Source: an uncultured Spirochaetota bacterium (GTDB taxonomy: Bacteria; Spirochaetota; Spirochaetia; SZUA-6; Fen-1364). Taken from it: a stretch of DNA of 64,000 nt. Made by a program: the position numbers and the translations under genes. Shown here piece after piece: positions 8,287-17,763 of the stretch. Under the pieces are notes generated by a model that was given only the letters and a program-made list of their open reading frames with translations, ran no database searches and was not told the origin of the DNA. The first letter of the stretch is position 1, and every line of letters starts with the position of its first letter. The DNA lies in NCBI GenBank assembly GCA_963845535.1, contig CAWJSK010000019.1:320001-384000 (forward strand), in the 5' to 3' direction.

Positions 8287-11200
8287 GTGACGCCTTTCGT
8301 CCACCTGCATTGCCATTCCGACTTCTCGCTGCTCGACGGCGCCTCGTCCATCGACGCGCTCGTGGCCCGGGCCAGAGAGCTGGGCCAGACGCACCTTGCG
8401 CTGACCGATCATGGGAACATGTTCGGCGCCCTCGCGTTCTTCAAGGAATGCCGGAAGCAGGGGATCACGCCCATCATCGGGTCGGAGTTCTACAAGGCCC
8501 CCGGTTCGCGCCTGGAGAAGTCGGGAAGCGAAAAAGGCACGCGTCATAACCACCTGGTGCTGCTGGCTCGAAACGCCGCCGGGTACGCGAACCTTCTCCG
8601 TCTTTCCTCCCAGGGGTACACGGAAGGCTTCTATTACAAGCCGCGCATCGATGACGAGCTCCTGGAGCAGCACCACGAAGGGCTCATTGCGCTCAGCGCC
8701 TGCCTGGCTGGGGACATCCCCGCCGCCATCATGGACGGACGGCAGGCGGAGGCGCGAAGGCGGGCAGGGTATTACCGGGAGCTTTTCGGCCCAGACGGCT
8801 TCTACCTGGAGGTCCAGGACCATGGCATCCCCGAACAGAAGACCGTCAACCGGGAGATCGTGCGGATTTCCCATGAGACCGGCATCCCCCTCGTCGCGAC
8901 CAACGACATCCACTACACGAGCCGCGGCGACGCAAGGGCGCATGACGTCCTGATCTGCATCGGCACGGGCAAGAAGGTTTCCGAGGGGAAGCGGATGAAG
9001 TTCGAGCACCCGGAGTTCTACTTCAAGTCCGGGGACGAAATGGCCCAGGTGTTCGCGGAGCTGCCCGAGGCGGTTTCCAACACGGTGAAGATAGCGGCTG
9101 CGTGCGAGCTGGACATCAAGGCGCAGCGCCCCCAGTTCCCCGTGTATGAAGTGCCGGACGGCTACACGCCGGAGGGGTACCTCACGGAGCTTGCCCACAA
9201 GGGTCTTGCGGTGAGGTTTCCTTCGGTGCCGGCGGAAGCTTCCAAGCGCCTGGAGTACGAGCTTTCCATCATCACCTCCATGGGCTTCACCGGGTACTTC
9301 CTCATCGTGTGGGATTTCATCCATTACGCGAAGTCCAACGGGATTGCGGTGGGTCCCGGCCGCGGCTCGGGCGCAGGGTCCCTCGTCGCCTACAGTCTTC
9401 AGATCACGGACATCGACCCGCTGAAGTACGGACTCCTCTTCGAGCGCTTTTTGAACCCCGAACGCGTGTCCATGCCGGACTTCGACATCGACTTCTGCCA
9501 CCGCCGCCGGGACGAGGTGATCTCCTACGTGACGAAGAAGTACGGGGAGGACAAGGTGGGGCAGGTCATCACCTTCGGCACGCTGAAAGCGCGCGCCGTC
9601 ATTCGGGACGTGGCGCGCGTGCTCGACCTTCCCTATGACGAGGCTGACGCAATTGCCAAGCTGATCCCCGAGGGCCCCAAGATCGACCTGGACCAGGCGC
9701 TGAAGGAGAACCCGCGCCTGGAGGAAGTGGCGAAGAAGGGGGAGCAGTACAAGGAGCTGCTGGAGATCAGCCTCAAGCTCGAAGGTTTGCACCGCCATGC
9801 CTCCACGCATGCGGCCGGGATCGTCATTGGCAGGGAGCAGCTCACGAAATACGTGCCGCTGTACCGTGATCCCAAGACAGGGCTCGTCTCCACGCAGTTC
9901 ACCATGGATTTCCTGGAGGAGTGCGGGCTCATCAAGATGGATTTTCTCGGATTGAAGACGCTCACCGTGATCGAAGATGCGTTGAAGCTCGTGAACAAGA
10001 AGGGCGTCGCGCTGGAGCTGAAAAACATTCCGGAGGATGACCCGGCGACGTTTCGCATGTTCTGCGAGGGAAAGAGCACCGGGGCGTTCCAGTTCGAAAG
10101 CTCGGGAATGCAGGGCGTTCTCAAGAAGGCGAAGCCCGGCAAGATCGAAGACCTGATCGCCCTCAACGCGCTGTACCGGCCCGGCCCCATGGAACACCTC
10201 GACGAGTACGTGGAGAACAAGTCCGGGAAAAAGAAGATCGTGTACCCGCTTCCTGCCCTCGAGCCGCTCCTCAAGGAGACCTACGGCGTCCCCGTCTACC
10301 AGGAGCAGGTCATGCAGATCGCCCAGGTCGTGGCTGGGTTCACGCTGGGGCAGGCGGACATCCTGCGCAGGGCCATGGGGAAGAAGAAGCCTGAGGAAGC
10401 GCTCAAGATGAAGCCCAAGTTCATCGCCGGCGCTCGGGAAAAAGGATACGATCAGAAGGTCGCGGAGAGCATCTTCGAGCTGCTGTTCGCCTTCACGGGA
10501 TACGGTTTCAACAAGAGCCATTCCGCCGCCTACGCCATCCCCGCGTACCACACCATCTACCTCAAGGCCAACCATCCCGCGGAGTTCCTTGCAGCCAACT
10601 GCACCAACGACATGTCTGACACGGACAGGCTGGCCCAGCTCATTCATGAGGCGCGGGAGATGGGGATCGCCGTGCTCCCACCGGATGTGAACCTCTCCCA
10701 GAAAGAGTTCACCGTGGAGGACGGCAAGATCGTCTTCGGCCTTCTGGGGATCAAGAACGTCGGGGAAGGGGCGGTGGATGCCATCATCGCGGAAAGGGAG
10801 GCGAACGGGAAGTTTGGCAGCTTCGTGGATTTCTTCGACAGGATCGACTCCCATGAGGTGAACAGGAAGGTCGCGGAGAGCCTCATCATCACGGGGGCGT
10901 TCGACAGCGTCGGAGAGACGCGCGCCACGCTCATGCACGAGGTGCAGAGGGTGATGGAAGCCTCCGTAAAGAACCGTGAGGCCCGCCGCTACGGCCAGGC
11001 CTCCCTGTTCGACGGCCCGTCGGCCCGGGCAGCAGCGGCCGTCGTGCTGGAAAAGCAGCCCGAGTACCCTCCCGCCGAGCTGCTGCAATACGAGAAGCAG
11101 AACCTCGGGTTCTTCTTCAGCGGGCATCCGCTTGACCCGTATCGCCAGATCATCGAGCGGGCGGCGAGCGTGGACCTGGCAAAAAAGGACAGCCTGCCCA

Positions 11201-11706
11201 ACGAACGCTCCTGCGCCCTGATCGGGATCCTGCGGGACGTGCGCGAGATACGGACTCGAAACGGCCGCTCCATGGCGTTCGCCCAGGTGGAGGACCTCCG
11301 CGGGTCGATTGAACTTATCATCTTTTCCGATATATATGATGCAAGGCGGGCACTGATTGCCAACGACAAAGTCGTGGGCATCCTGGGCAAGATCGACACG
11401 ACGAGGGGGGACCCGAAAGTGAAAGTGGATGACATCATGGAGCCGAACGCGCTTCCCCAGAGAGCCGCGCAGGCCGTGCACGTGAGACTCAGGGACGAAG
11501 TGGGCACTGAGGAGAGCTTGCACAGCATGCGCGAGTATCTCCTGGACCGGCGTGGATCGTGCTCCCTCTACTTTCACCTGCGCGGAGGCAACGGCGGCTC
11601 GGAGGTTGTCGTCCAGGCTTCCTCGCAGATCCAGGTCGCGGATTCCCCCGACGTGCTGGACCACATCCGCGAGTTCCCGCAGGTGGCGGATGTATGGAAA
11701 GAGTAA
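8287..11706 (+). CDS. dnaE: DNA polymerase III alpha subunit
   Basis: PHP domain (HLHCHSDFSLLDG, LTDHGN), GPGRGSGAGS, MPDFDIDF, GFNKSH, C-terminal OB fold; no intein visible. Confidence 0.98.
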   Translation: MTPFVHLHCHSDFSLLDGASSIDALVARARELGQTHLALTDHGNMFGALAFFKECRKQGITPIIGSEFYKAPGSRLEKSGSEKGTRHNHLVLLARNAAGYANLLRLSSQGYTEGFYYKPRIDDELLEQHHEGLIALSACLAGDIPAAIMDGRQAEARRRAGYYRELFGPDGFYLEVQDHGIPEQKTVNREIVRISHETGIPLVATNDIHYTSRGDARAHDVLICIGTGKKVSEGKRMKFEHPEFYFKSGDEMAQVFAELPEAVSNTVKIAAACELDIKAQRPQFPVYEVPDGYTPEGYLTELAHKGLAVRFPSVPAEASKRLEYELSIITSMGFTGYFLIVWDFIHYAKSNGIAVGPGRGSGAGSLVAYSLQITDIDPLKYGLLFERFLNPERVSMPDFDIDFCHRRRDEVISYVTKKYGEDKVGQVITFGTLKARAVIRDVARVLDLPYDEADAIAKLIPEGPKIDLDQALKENPRLEEVAKKGEQYKELLEISLKLEGLHRHASTHAAGIVIGREQLTKYVPLYRDPKTGLVSTQFTMDFLEECGLIKMDFLGLKTLTVIEDALKLVNKKGVALELKNIPEDDPATFRMFCEGKSTGAFQFESSGMQGVLKKAKPGKIEDLIALNALYRPGPMEHLDEYVENKSGKKKIVYPLPALEPLLKETYGVPVYQEQVMQIAQVVAGFTLGQADILRRAMGKKKPEEALKMKPKFIAGAREKGYDQKVAESIFELLFAFTGYGFNKSHSAAYAIPAYHTIYLKANHPAEFLAANCTNDMSDTDRLAQLIHEAREMGIAVLPPDVNLSQKEFTVEDGKIVFGLLGIKNVGEGAVDAIIAEREANGKFGSFVDFFDRIDSHEVNRKVAESLIITGAFDSVGETRATLMHEVQRVMEASVKNREARRYGQASLFDGPSARAAAAVVLEKQPEYPPAELLQYEKQNLGFFFSGHPLDPYRQIIERAASVDLAKKDSLPNERSCALIGILRDVREIRTRNGRSMAFAQVEDLRGSIELIIFSDIYDARRALIANDKVVGILGKIDTTRGDPKVKVDDIMEPNALPQRAAQAVHVRLRDEVGTEESLHSMREYLLDRRGSCSLYFHLRGGNGGSEVVVQASSQIQVADSPDVLDHIREFPQVADVWKE

Positions 11707-12998
11707 GGATCGGGATTGTCGGGTTCGGCACAGTCGGGCAGAGCTTTTACAACCTGCTCACCTGCAACGCCGGTGAGTTCGCGCAGCGCCTCGGCGTGAC
11801 CGTGGAAGTCCCGTATGTCGGTGTGCGTGACCTTTCCAAGCCGCGCCCTGTGGGCCCGGGCACCCGTCTGGTCACGGGATGGCAGGAGATGCTTTCCGAC
11901 CCGTCGCTTCCGATCATTGTGGAGCTCGTAGGAGGCATTGACGTCCCCCTCGCCCTCATCCGTGACGCGCTCACCCGCGGGAAGCACGTCATCACGGCGA
12001 ACAAGGCGCTCATCTCGGCGCACGGCCAGGAGCTTTTCGAGCTTGCGAGCAAGAACGGCGTCGAGCTGAAGTTCGAGGGGGCCGTGTGCGGCGGAATCCC
12101 CATCATCAAGGTGCTGCGGGAAAGCCTGATGGGCAACCGCGTCAGGAGCCTCATCGGCATCGTCAACGGCACCACGAACTACATCCTCACGCGCATGACG
12201 GAGGGCAAGCTTTCCTTCGAGGATGCATTGGCGCTGGCGCAGAAGCTCGGCTTCGCGGAGGCCGACCCGACGCTGGACATTGGCGGAAAGGACGCCGCGC
12301 AGAAGATCGGGATCCTCGCCAGCCTGGCGTTCGGGTGCTGGGTGGACCCTGATGACGTCCTCTGTGAGGGGATCACGGACGTCACTCCACGGGACATCGA
12401 GTTCTGCCTCCAGAGCGGGTTCATTTTCAAGCTCATAGCGCGGGCCCAGCTTCTTGACGGCAAGCCGCTGGTCACCGTGTTTCCCATGCTCGTCCCGGGG
12501 AACCATCCCCTGGCCTCGGTGCGCAACGAGTTCAACGCGGTCCTGATAGACTCGGACTTCCTGGGCCCCTCAGTCTACGAAGGCAGGGGAGCCGGCGGGA
12601 AGCCCACTGCCTCCTCGGTTGCCTCGGACCTTGGGGACCTTCTGAAGTCCATCCTTTCAAAGCACGTTGCCAGGCGCAAGGCATCGTTGCCGAAGGCTGA
12701 CCCGTATCCAGCGGGGAAGATGAGCTGCCGGTACTACTTCCATTTCGTCACCGCCAACAGGCCCGGCATCTGGGCCCTTGTGACGGGGATCTGCGCTGAG
12801 GACGGTATCAACATCGAGAGCGTGCACCAGAAATGGGAGGACAAGTCCAAGCCCTCGGACCTCTACGTCCTGGTGGATGAGGCGGAGGAGGCCCCGGTGC
12901 GGCGGGCGTTCGCGCGCATTGTCGCTTCCGACGGGATTTTCCCGCAGTCCCATTATTTCCGGGTCCTTCCGGGACCCGCGGAGGGGGGGCCGTCATGA
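11694..12998 (+). CDS. hom: Homoserine dehydrogenase with C-terminal ACT-like domain
   Basis: GFGTVG, HVITANK, FEGAVCGGIP, NGTTNYIL, GFAEADPT, GRGAGGKPTAS; ATG 11694 overlaps the dnaE end. Confidence 0.93.
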   Translation: MERVRIGIVGFGTVGQSFYNLLTCNAGEFAQRLGVTVEVPYVGVRDLSKPRPVGPGTRLVTGWQEMLSDPSLPIIVELVGGIDVPLALIRDALTRGKHVITANKALISAHGQELFELASKNGVELKFEGAVCGGIPIIKVLRESLMGNRVRSLIGIVNGTTNYILTRMTEGKLSFEDALALAQKLGFAEADPTLDIGGKDAAQKIGILASLAFGCWVDPDDVLCEGITDVTPRDIEFCLQSGFIFKLIARAQLLDGKPLVTVFPMLVPGNHPLASVRNEFNAVLIDSDFLGPSVYEGRGAGGKPTASSVASDLGDLLKSILSKHVARRKASLPKADPYPAGKMSCRYYFHFVTANRPGIWALVTGICAEDGINIESVHQKWEDKSKPSDLYVLVDEAEEAPVRRAFARIVASDGIFPQSHYFRVLPGPAEGGPS

Positions 12999-13660
12999 TC
13001 GACCTGCACACGCATACGTTCCTCAGCGACGGCGAGCTTGGTCCCGCGGAGCTGGTGAGGCGCGCGGAGAACGCGGGGTACAGAGCCATCGGGATCTCCG
13101 ACCACGCGGATGCCTCCAACCTGGACGACATCATCTCCGCGCTCGTGCGCTTTGCCCGGGAGACCCAGCCTTTCATGAAAATCAGGATCATCCCCGGCAT
13201 CGAGCTGACCCACGTGCCGCCGGGCCAGATCAGCGGCCTGGTCAAGCGCGCCCGGCAGCTTGGGGTCCGTCTTGTCGTGCTGCATGGGGAGACGATCTGC
13301 GAACCGGTGGCGCTGGGGACCAACCGCGCGGGGATCGAGGCCGGCGTGGACGTGCTTGCCCACCCCGGGCTCATCTCCGAGGAAGAGGTGCGCATGGCCG
13401 CGGCCAACGGCGTGCACCTCGAGGTCAGCGCCCGGCTGTCCCACGGCATGGGCAACGGCAGGTTGGTGAGCCTGGCGCGCGAGGTCGGCGCCCCTCTCGT
13501 GCTGGATTCTGACGCGCATGCCCCGGGGGATCTCATGAGCCCGGACTGGCGGGAGCGGGTGGCATTCGGCTCCGGTCTCACGGCGGATGAGCTTGACAGG
13601 ATCAACAAGACCATGATCTCACTGGTGGAGAAGCTGATGCCGTCGACATTTTTCACGTAA
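12995..13660 (+). CDS. PHP-family phosphoesterase (histidinol-phosphatase-like domain protein)
   Basis: DLHTHT, SDH, GIELTH, HGET..EPV, LAHPG, DSDAH metal ligands; ATGA overlap with hom. Confidence 0.85.
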   Translation: MIDLHTHTFLSDGELGPAELVRRAENAGYRAIGISDHADASNLDDIISALVRFARETQPFMKIRIIPGIELTHVPPGQISGLVKRARQLGVRLVVLHGETICEPVALGTNRAGIEAGVDVLAHPGLISEEEVRMAAANGVHLEVSARLSHGMGNGRLVSLAREVGAPLVLDSDAHAPGDLMSPDWRERVAFGSGLTADELDRINKTMISLVEKLMPSTFFT

Positions 13661-13679
13661 GGTCCTAGGAGGTCGCACC

Positions 13680-14264
13680 GTGCAGATTCTGCAAATTGTG
13701 TACGCAATCATAATCGTGTACGTTCTCGTGCTCTCGCTTCGCATCATCCTTGGATGGTTCGTGCCCCAGACCCTCGGGAGAGCGTGGGAAATCCTGGCGA
13801 AGATCACGGACCCCTACCTCGACATCTTCCGTCGCATCCGCTTCCTGCGCGGCGGGGTGTTCGATTTCAGCCCCATTGCGGCGGTGCTCGTGCTGGTCCT
13901 TGCCGCCGACCTCATTGGGCAGCTCGTGAATTGGGGAAGAATAACGGTTGGTTTCTTCCTGGCTTCCGCGTTTGCCGCGGCGTGGTCAGGTGCCCGTTTC
14001 CTCCTCATCCTGTTCCTGATTGTCGCCGTCCTGCGCGTCATCCCGCTGTTTTTCCGAGGAACGGCCGGCGCGGGGATCTGGCGTGTGGTGGACCTCCTCA
14101 TCCAGCCGGTCGTGGCGTGGGTCATGAGGGTGTTCCGTCTCGGGGGCAAGACTGGATACACGCAATACCTTATCCTCACCATTGGCCTCCTGTTCGTCTC
14201 GTGGCTCGTGGGTGAGTTCCTCGTGCGGCAGATCGTCTACGGACTCTCCCTCCTGCCGTTCTGA
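13680..14264 (+). CDS. yggT: YggT family membrane protein
   Basis: ITDPYLDIFRRI...FDFSPI motif; multiple hydrophobic segments. Confidence 0.85.
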   Translation: MQILQIVYAIIIVYVLVLSLRIILGWFVPQTLGRAWEILAKITDPYLDIFRRIRFLRGGVFDFSPIAAVLVLVLAADLIGQLVNWGRITVGFFLASAFAAAWSGARFLLILFLIVAVLRVIPLFFRGTAGAGIWRVVDLLIQPVVAWVMRVFRLGGKTGYTQYLILTIGLLFVSWLVGEFLVRQIVYGLSLLPF

Positions 14265-14297
14265 GCGCAGGGGCTCGCAGGAACGCAGGGGACCGCC

Positions 14298-16394
14298 GTG
14301 TACCTCTGGGAGCTCACATGGGAGGCGTCCTCGGTCCGAGGCGTCGGGCCGGCCGCGGCGGCGCGCCTGGAGCGCCTCGGGGTCGTGACCGTGCGTGACC
14401 TCCTCCTGCTCCTGCCGCGCGGGTACGAGGACAGGACGGCGGTCGTTCCCCTTTCGAAGGCCGCCTCCGAGCAAAAAGTGGCAGTGGTGGCGACGGTCTC
14501 TTCCATCATGGACATCGGGTGGGCCGGGCGCGGCAAGGCAAGAACCCCCAAGGCAATTGTGACGGACGACACGGCGGAGGCGGCCCTCGTCTGTTTCGGC
14601 AGGCCTTTCCTCAGGTCAACGCTGGAGCCGGGGAAAAAGTTCTTCATCTGGGGCCATTTCCAGCTTCGCGCGGGGGAGCTCTCCTGCGCGGACTTCGAGC
14701 TGGAACCGTGGACGGAGAGCCCGATCTCTTTCGGCAGGATCCTCCCCGTCTACCCTTTGAGCGAAGGTCTGACGCAGGCCGGCATCAGGAAAATCGTCCG
14801 TGCCGCGCTGGATGAGGCGCTTGCTGAGATCGAACCGGGGCTCCCTGAGAACGTTCGGCGCTCGCGCGGGCTGCCTCCCCTGCGGGAGGCGCTACGCGGG
14901 GTCCACTTCCCGTCAAGCATGGAGCAAGCGGAAAGCTCGCGCGCAGCCTTCGCGTACGAGGAGCTTTTTTTCTTCGAGATGGGAGTGCTTCGACGCGCGC
15001 GTGCCCTGGCCTCTCCGCGGCCGCGCCCCCGCGTCCGCAAGCCCGACCTGCGCGACGCTCTCCTGGCCAGACTTGCTTTCAACCTGACGAAGGACCAGGA
15101 GAGCGTGGTTGCCGAAATCGACGCGGACCTTTTTTCCGCGGCGCCCATGGCACGGCTGCTGCAAGGGGACGTGGGCTGCGGGAAGACCCTGGTTGCTCTG
15201 CTGTCAGCCCTGCTCGTGGTGGGCTCGGGCGAGCAGGTTGCTTTTGTCGCTCCCACGGAGCTGCTTGCCCGTCAGCACGCGGAAAGCGCCGCCCGGCTGG
15301 TGGAGCCCCTGGGGGTGAGGATTGCGTTCCTTTCCGGGACCGTGGCAGGTGAGCCGCGGGCGCTCCTGCTTCGCGCCCTTGCCGCAGGAGAGATCGACAT
15401 CCTGTTCGGCACGCACGCGCTTTTCTCTGAGGACGTGGCCTATCGGGGGCTCGGCCTCGTCATCATCGACGAACAGCACAAGTTCGGCGTCCTGCAGCGC
15501 CAGGCTCTCATGAGAAAAGGGGAGTCCCCCGACCTCCTGCTCATGACCGCGACTCCCATTCCGCGCACGCTTGCCCTCACGGCTTTCGGAGACCTGGAGG
15601 TGTCCACCATCCGCACCATGCCTCCCGGGCGTCGTCCCGTCATGACGCATCTTGCCCGGGAAGGAAACGAAGAGAAAGTCTACGCCTGGGTTCGCCGGGA
15701 GCTGGAGAAGGGCAGGCAGGCGTATTTCGTCTACCCGCTGATCGGGGAGTCTGAGGCATTGGCCGTGAAGGATGCCGAAACCGCTTTCCGGAAGCTCGCC
15801 ACGGACGTGTACCCTGGCTTCCCGGTTGCGCTCGTGCATTCCCGCGTCGACGCGGATGAGACGGAAAAAACGATGGCAGCCTTTGCGGCCCGAAAGATTT
15901 CCGTCCTGGTGGCGACGAGCGTCGTGGAGGTGGGAGTAGACGTCCCTAACGCCAGTTGCATGGTGGTGGAGCATGCTGAGCGTTTCGGACTGTCCACGCT
16001 CCACCAGCTTCGCGGCCGGGTGGGACGGGGAGGTGAGCAGTCATATGCCTTCCTTGTGTACGGCAAGAAGCTCACGGAAGAAGGGATCCAGCGCCTGAAG
16101 ATCATGAAGGAGACGACGGACGGCTTCCGCATAGCGGAGGAGGACATGCGCCTTCGGGGGCCGGGGGAGCTTCTGGGCATCCGCCAGAGCGGCTTCCTGA
16201 GCTTCCGCGCCGCGGACCTGATGGTCCACTCCGCTTTGCTGCTCGGCGCGCGGGAGGATGCCGCCAAGGTGCTCCGGGAGGACCCCGGTTTTCTCGAGCC
16301 GGACAACGTAGCCATCGGCCGCATGCTCGCGCTCGGCGCGTGGGGGACCGGTGCGCCGGATGCGCAGGGCCGAGTGATGGAGACCGCCCCGTGA
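14298..16394 (+). CDS. recG: ATP-dependent DNA helicase RecG
   Basis: LLQGDVGCGKT, DEQHKFG, MTATPIPRTL, QLRGRVGRG, RGPGELLG. Confidence 0.97.
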   Translation: MYLWELTWEASSVRGVGPAAAARLERLGVVTVRDLLLLLPRGYEDRTAVVPLSKAASEQKVAVVATVSSIMDIGWAGRGKARTPKAIVTDDTAEAALVCFGRPFLRSTLEPGKKFFIWGHFQLRAGELSCADFELEPWTESPISFGRILPVYPLSEGLTQAGIRKIVRAALDEALAEIEPGLPENVRRSRGLPPLREALRGVHFPSSMEQAESSRAAFAYEELFFFEMGVLRRARALASPRPRPRVRKPDLRDALLARLAFNLTKDQESVVAEIDADLFSAAPMARLLQGDVGCGKTLVALLSALLVVGSGEQVAFVAPTELLARQHAESAARLVEPLGVRIAFLSGTVAGEPRALLLRALAAGEIDILFGTHALFSEDVAYRGLGLVIIDEQHKFGVLQRQALMRKGESPDLLLMTATPIPRTLALTAFGDLEVSTIRTMPPGRRPVMTHLAREGNEEKVYAWVRRELEKGRQAYFVYPLIGESEALAVKDAETAFRKLATDVYPGFPVALVHSRVDADETEKTMAAFAARKISVLVATSVVEVGVDVPNASCMVVEHAERFGLSTLHQLRGRVGRGGEQSYAFLVYGKKLTEEGIQRLKIMKETTDGFRIAEEDMRLRGPGELLGIRQSGFLSFRAADLMVHSALLLGAREDAAKVLREDPGFLEPDNVAIGRMLALGAWGTGAPDAQGRVMETAP

Positions 16395-16924
16395 GGGTGA
16401 CAGGCGGCTCGTACAGGGGAAGGAATATCCTCTGTCCTCCCGGGGTAATCCGCCCATCCATGGACAGGATGCGCCAGTCCCTTTTCTCGATTCTGGGCGA
16501 CATGGAAGGTTTGTCTTTCCTGGACCTGTTCAGCGGGACGGGAATCCTGGGGGTGGAGGCAGCCTCCCGCGGGGCCCGGCCGGTGCTCCTTGTCGAGAAG
16601 GACCCTCGGAAAAGGGCGACAATCCAGAAGAATATCGCTTTCGTGGAAAGCCCCATCGAGCTGGTGACCGCCCCGGTGGAGCGTTTTCTCAAGGCAGACC
16701 ACAGGTCATGGGACCTCATTTTCCTTGACCCTCCCTTCGACTTTGTGGACAAGGGAGAGGCGCTGGACGAGGCCAGCCAGCCCTCTCACCTCGCGGCGGA
16801 GGGGCTGGCCATCATCCATCTCCATACGGCGGAGAAGCTTGCCACGGACAGGCCGGGCCTCGAGCTCGCTGACCGCAGGACCTACGGGCAGTCGCTTCTG
16901 CTGTTCTTCCGCCACAAGGGATAG
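16391..16924 (+). CDS. rsmD: 16S rRNA m2G966 methyltransferase
   Basis: VRVTGG.YRGR, IRPSMDRMRQSLF, LDLFSGTG, FLDPPF; GTG overlaps the recG stop. Confidence 0.9.
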   Translation: MRVTGGSYRGRNILCPPGVIRPSMDRMRQSLFSILGDMEGLSFLDLFSGTGILGVEAASRGARPVLLVEKDPRKRATIQKNIAFVESPIELVTAPVERFLKADHRSWDLIFLDPPFDFVDKGEALDEASQPSHLAAEGLAIIHLHTAEKLATDRPGLELADRRTYGQSLLLFFRHKG

Positions 16925-16945
16925 CTTTGGCCGATAACGCCCAGA

Positions 16946-16978
16946 GCGGCAAACCAGCGGTAAACCTGCGTCAAACCG
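16946..16978 (+). repeat. Three 11-bp direct repeats upstream of the tRNA-Thr promoter
   Basis: GCGGCAAACCA / GCGGTAAACCT / GCGTCAAACCG, followed by TAGACA-N18-TACCGT at 16987-17016. Confidence 0.6.
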
Positions 16979-17047
16979 CGATAGGGTAGACAAACTGCCG
17001 AAAAAATGCTTACCGTTGCCTCGTCCTCAGGTGGGCACTGACGTTTC

Positions 17048-17120
17048 GCCCTTGTAGCTCAGTCGGTAGAGCACCTCCTTGGTAAGGAGGGGGTCAGCGG
17101 TTCAAATCCGCTCGAGGGCT
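17048..17120 (+). tRNA. tRNA-Thr(GGT)
   Basis: Cloverleaf with acceptor GCCCTTG/CGAGGGC, anticodon stem CCTCC-TTGGTAA-GGAGG and T-loop GTTCAAATC; CCA not encoded. Confidence 0.97.
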
Positions 17121-17182
17121 CGAAATGAACAGCGCGGGAACGGGCCGCGCGGTTCGAGGAAAGGCAGAATATCCCCGACCAC

Positions 17183-17212
17183 TTGACACTCAGGCACTTG
17201 TGTATATAAATT
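17183..17212 (+). promoter_or_regulatory. Putative sigma70 promoter of rpmG-secE-nusG
   Basis: TTGACA followed 16-18 nt later by TATAAA/TAAATT. Confidence 0.6.
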
Positions 17213-17242
17213 TGTCGTTCAACTTACTCCAGGGAGACACGA

Positions 17243-17419
17243 ATGGCCAAAGGGAAAGCGAAGAACCTAGAGCTCGTCGCACTCCAGTGCACCGAGTGTG
17301 ATCGACGCAACTATACCACCACGAAAAATCGCAAGAACACCCAGGGCAAGCTGGAGTTCACCAAGTATTGCCGGTGGGACAGGAAGCACACCCTGCACAA
17401 GGAAGCGAAGGTAAAGTAA
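17243..17419 (+). CDS. rpmG: 50S ribosomal protein L33
   Basis: Manual translation MAKGKAKNLELVALQCTECDRRNYTTTKNRKNTQGKLEFTKYCRWDRKHTLHKEAKVK. Confidence 0.97.
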   Translation: MAKGKAKNLELVALQCTECDRRNYTTTKNRKNTQGKLEFTKYCRWDRKHTLHKEAKVK

Positions 17420-17484
17420 GGTCTAGCCATGGAGGGCGAGAATCGGCCGAGGCCAGGGATGGCCGAAAGGCCGATTGATTCCAT

Positions 17485-17557
17485 AGGCCAGTAGCTCTAA
17501 TGGTAGAGCGCCGGTCTCCAAAACCGGATGTTGCGGGTTCGAGTCCTGCCTGGCCTG
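17485..17557 (+). tRNA. tRNA-Trp(CCA)
   Basis: Acceptor AGGCCAG/CTGGCCT, anticodon stem CCGGT-CTCCAAA-ACCGG, GTTCGAGTC; canonical position between rpmG and secE. Confidence 0.97.
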
Positions 17558-17579
17558 TCAGGCCTGTACGGAGAAGCGA

Positions 17580-17759
17580 ATGAGGAAGATCGTCCTGTTT
17601 TTACAAGAGAGCTTCGCGGAGCTCAAGAAGGTAACGTGGCCCAGCAGGGATGAGGCAACCGCCTCCACCAAGGTCGTGCTGGTGTCCGTCCTTATCATTG
17701 CCGCCGTCCTCGGGCTTGTGGACTTTATCCTCTTCAAGGTTGTGGACTGGATGTTTTAG
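17580..17759 (+). CDS. secE: Preprotein translocase subunit SecE
   Basis: 59 aa; ELKKVTWPSR motif followed by one TM helix. Confidence 0.95.
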   Translation: MRKIVLFLQESFAELKKVTWPSRDEATASTKVVLVSVLIIAAVLGLVDFILFKVVDWMF

Positions 17760-17763
17760 GCCC

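Noticed and set aside
7756..11664. 1302-aa antisense ORF opposite dnaE, and similar long ORFs opposite rpoB, rpoC, fusA, ptsI, rny and the coiled-coil gene
   Set aside because: Shadow frames expected from GC-rich codon usage; no recognisable motifs, and they overlap confident genes
8287..11706. Intein or intron in dnaE
   Set aside because: Normal length; no C...HN-C/S/T splice motifs or endonuclease insertion seen
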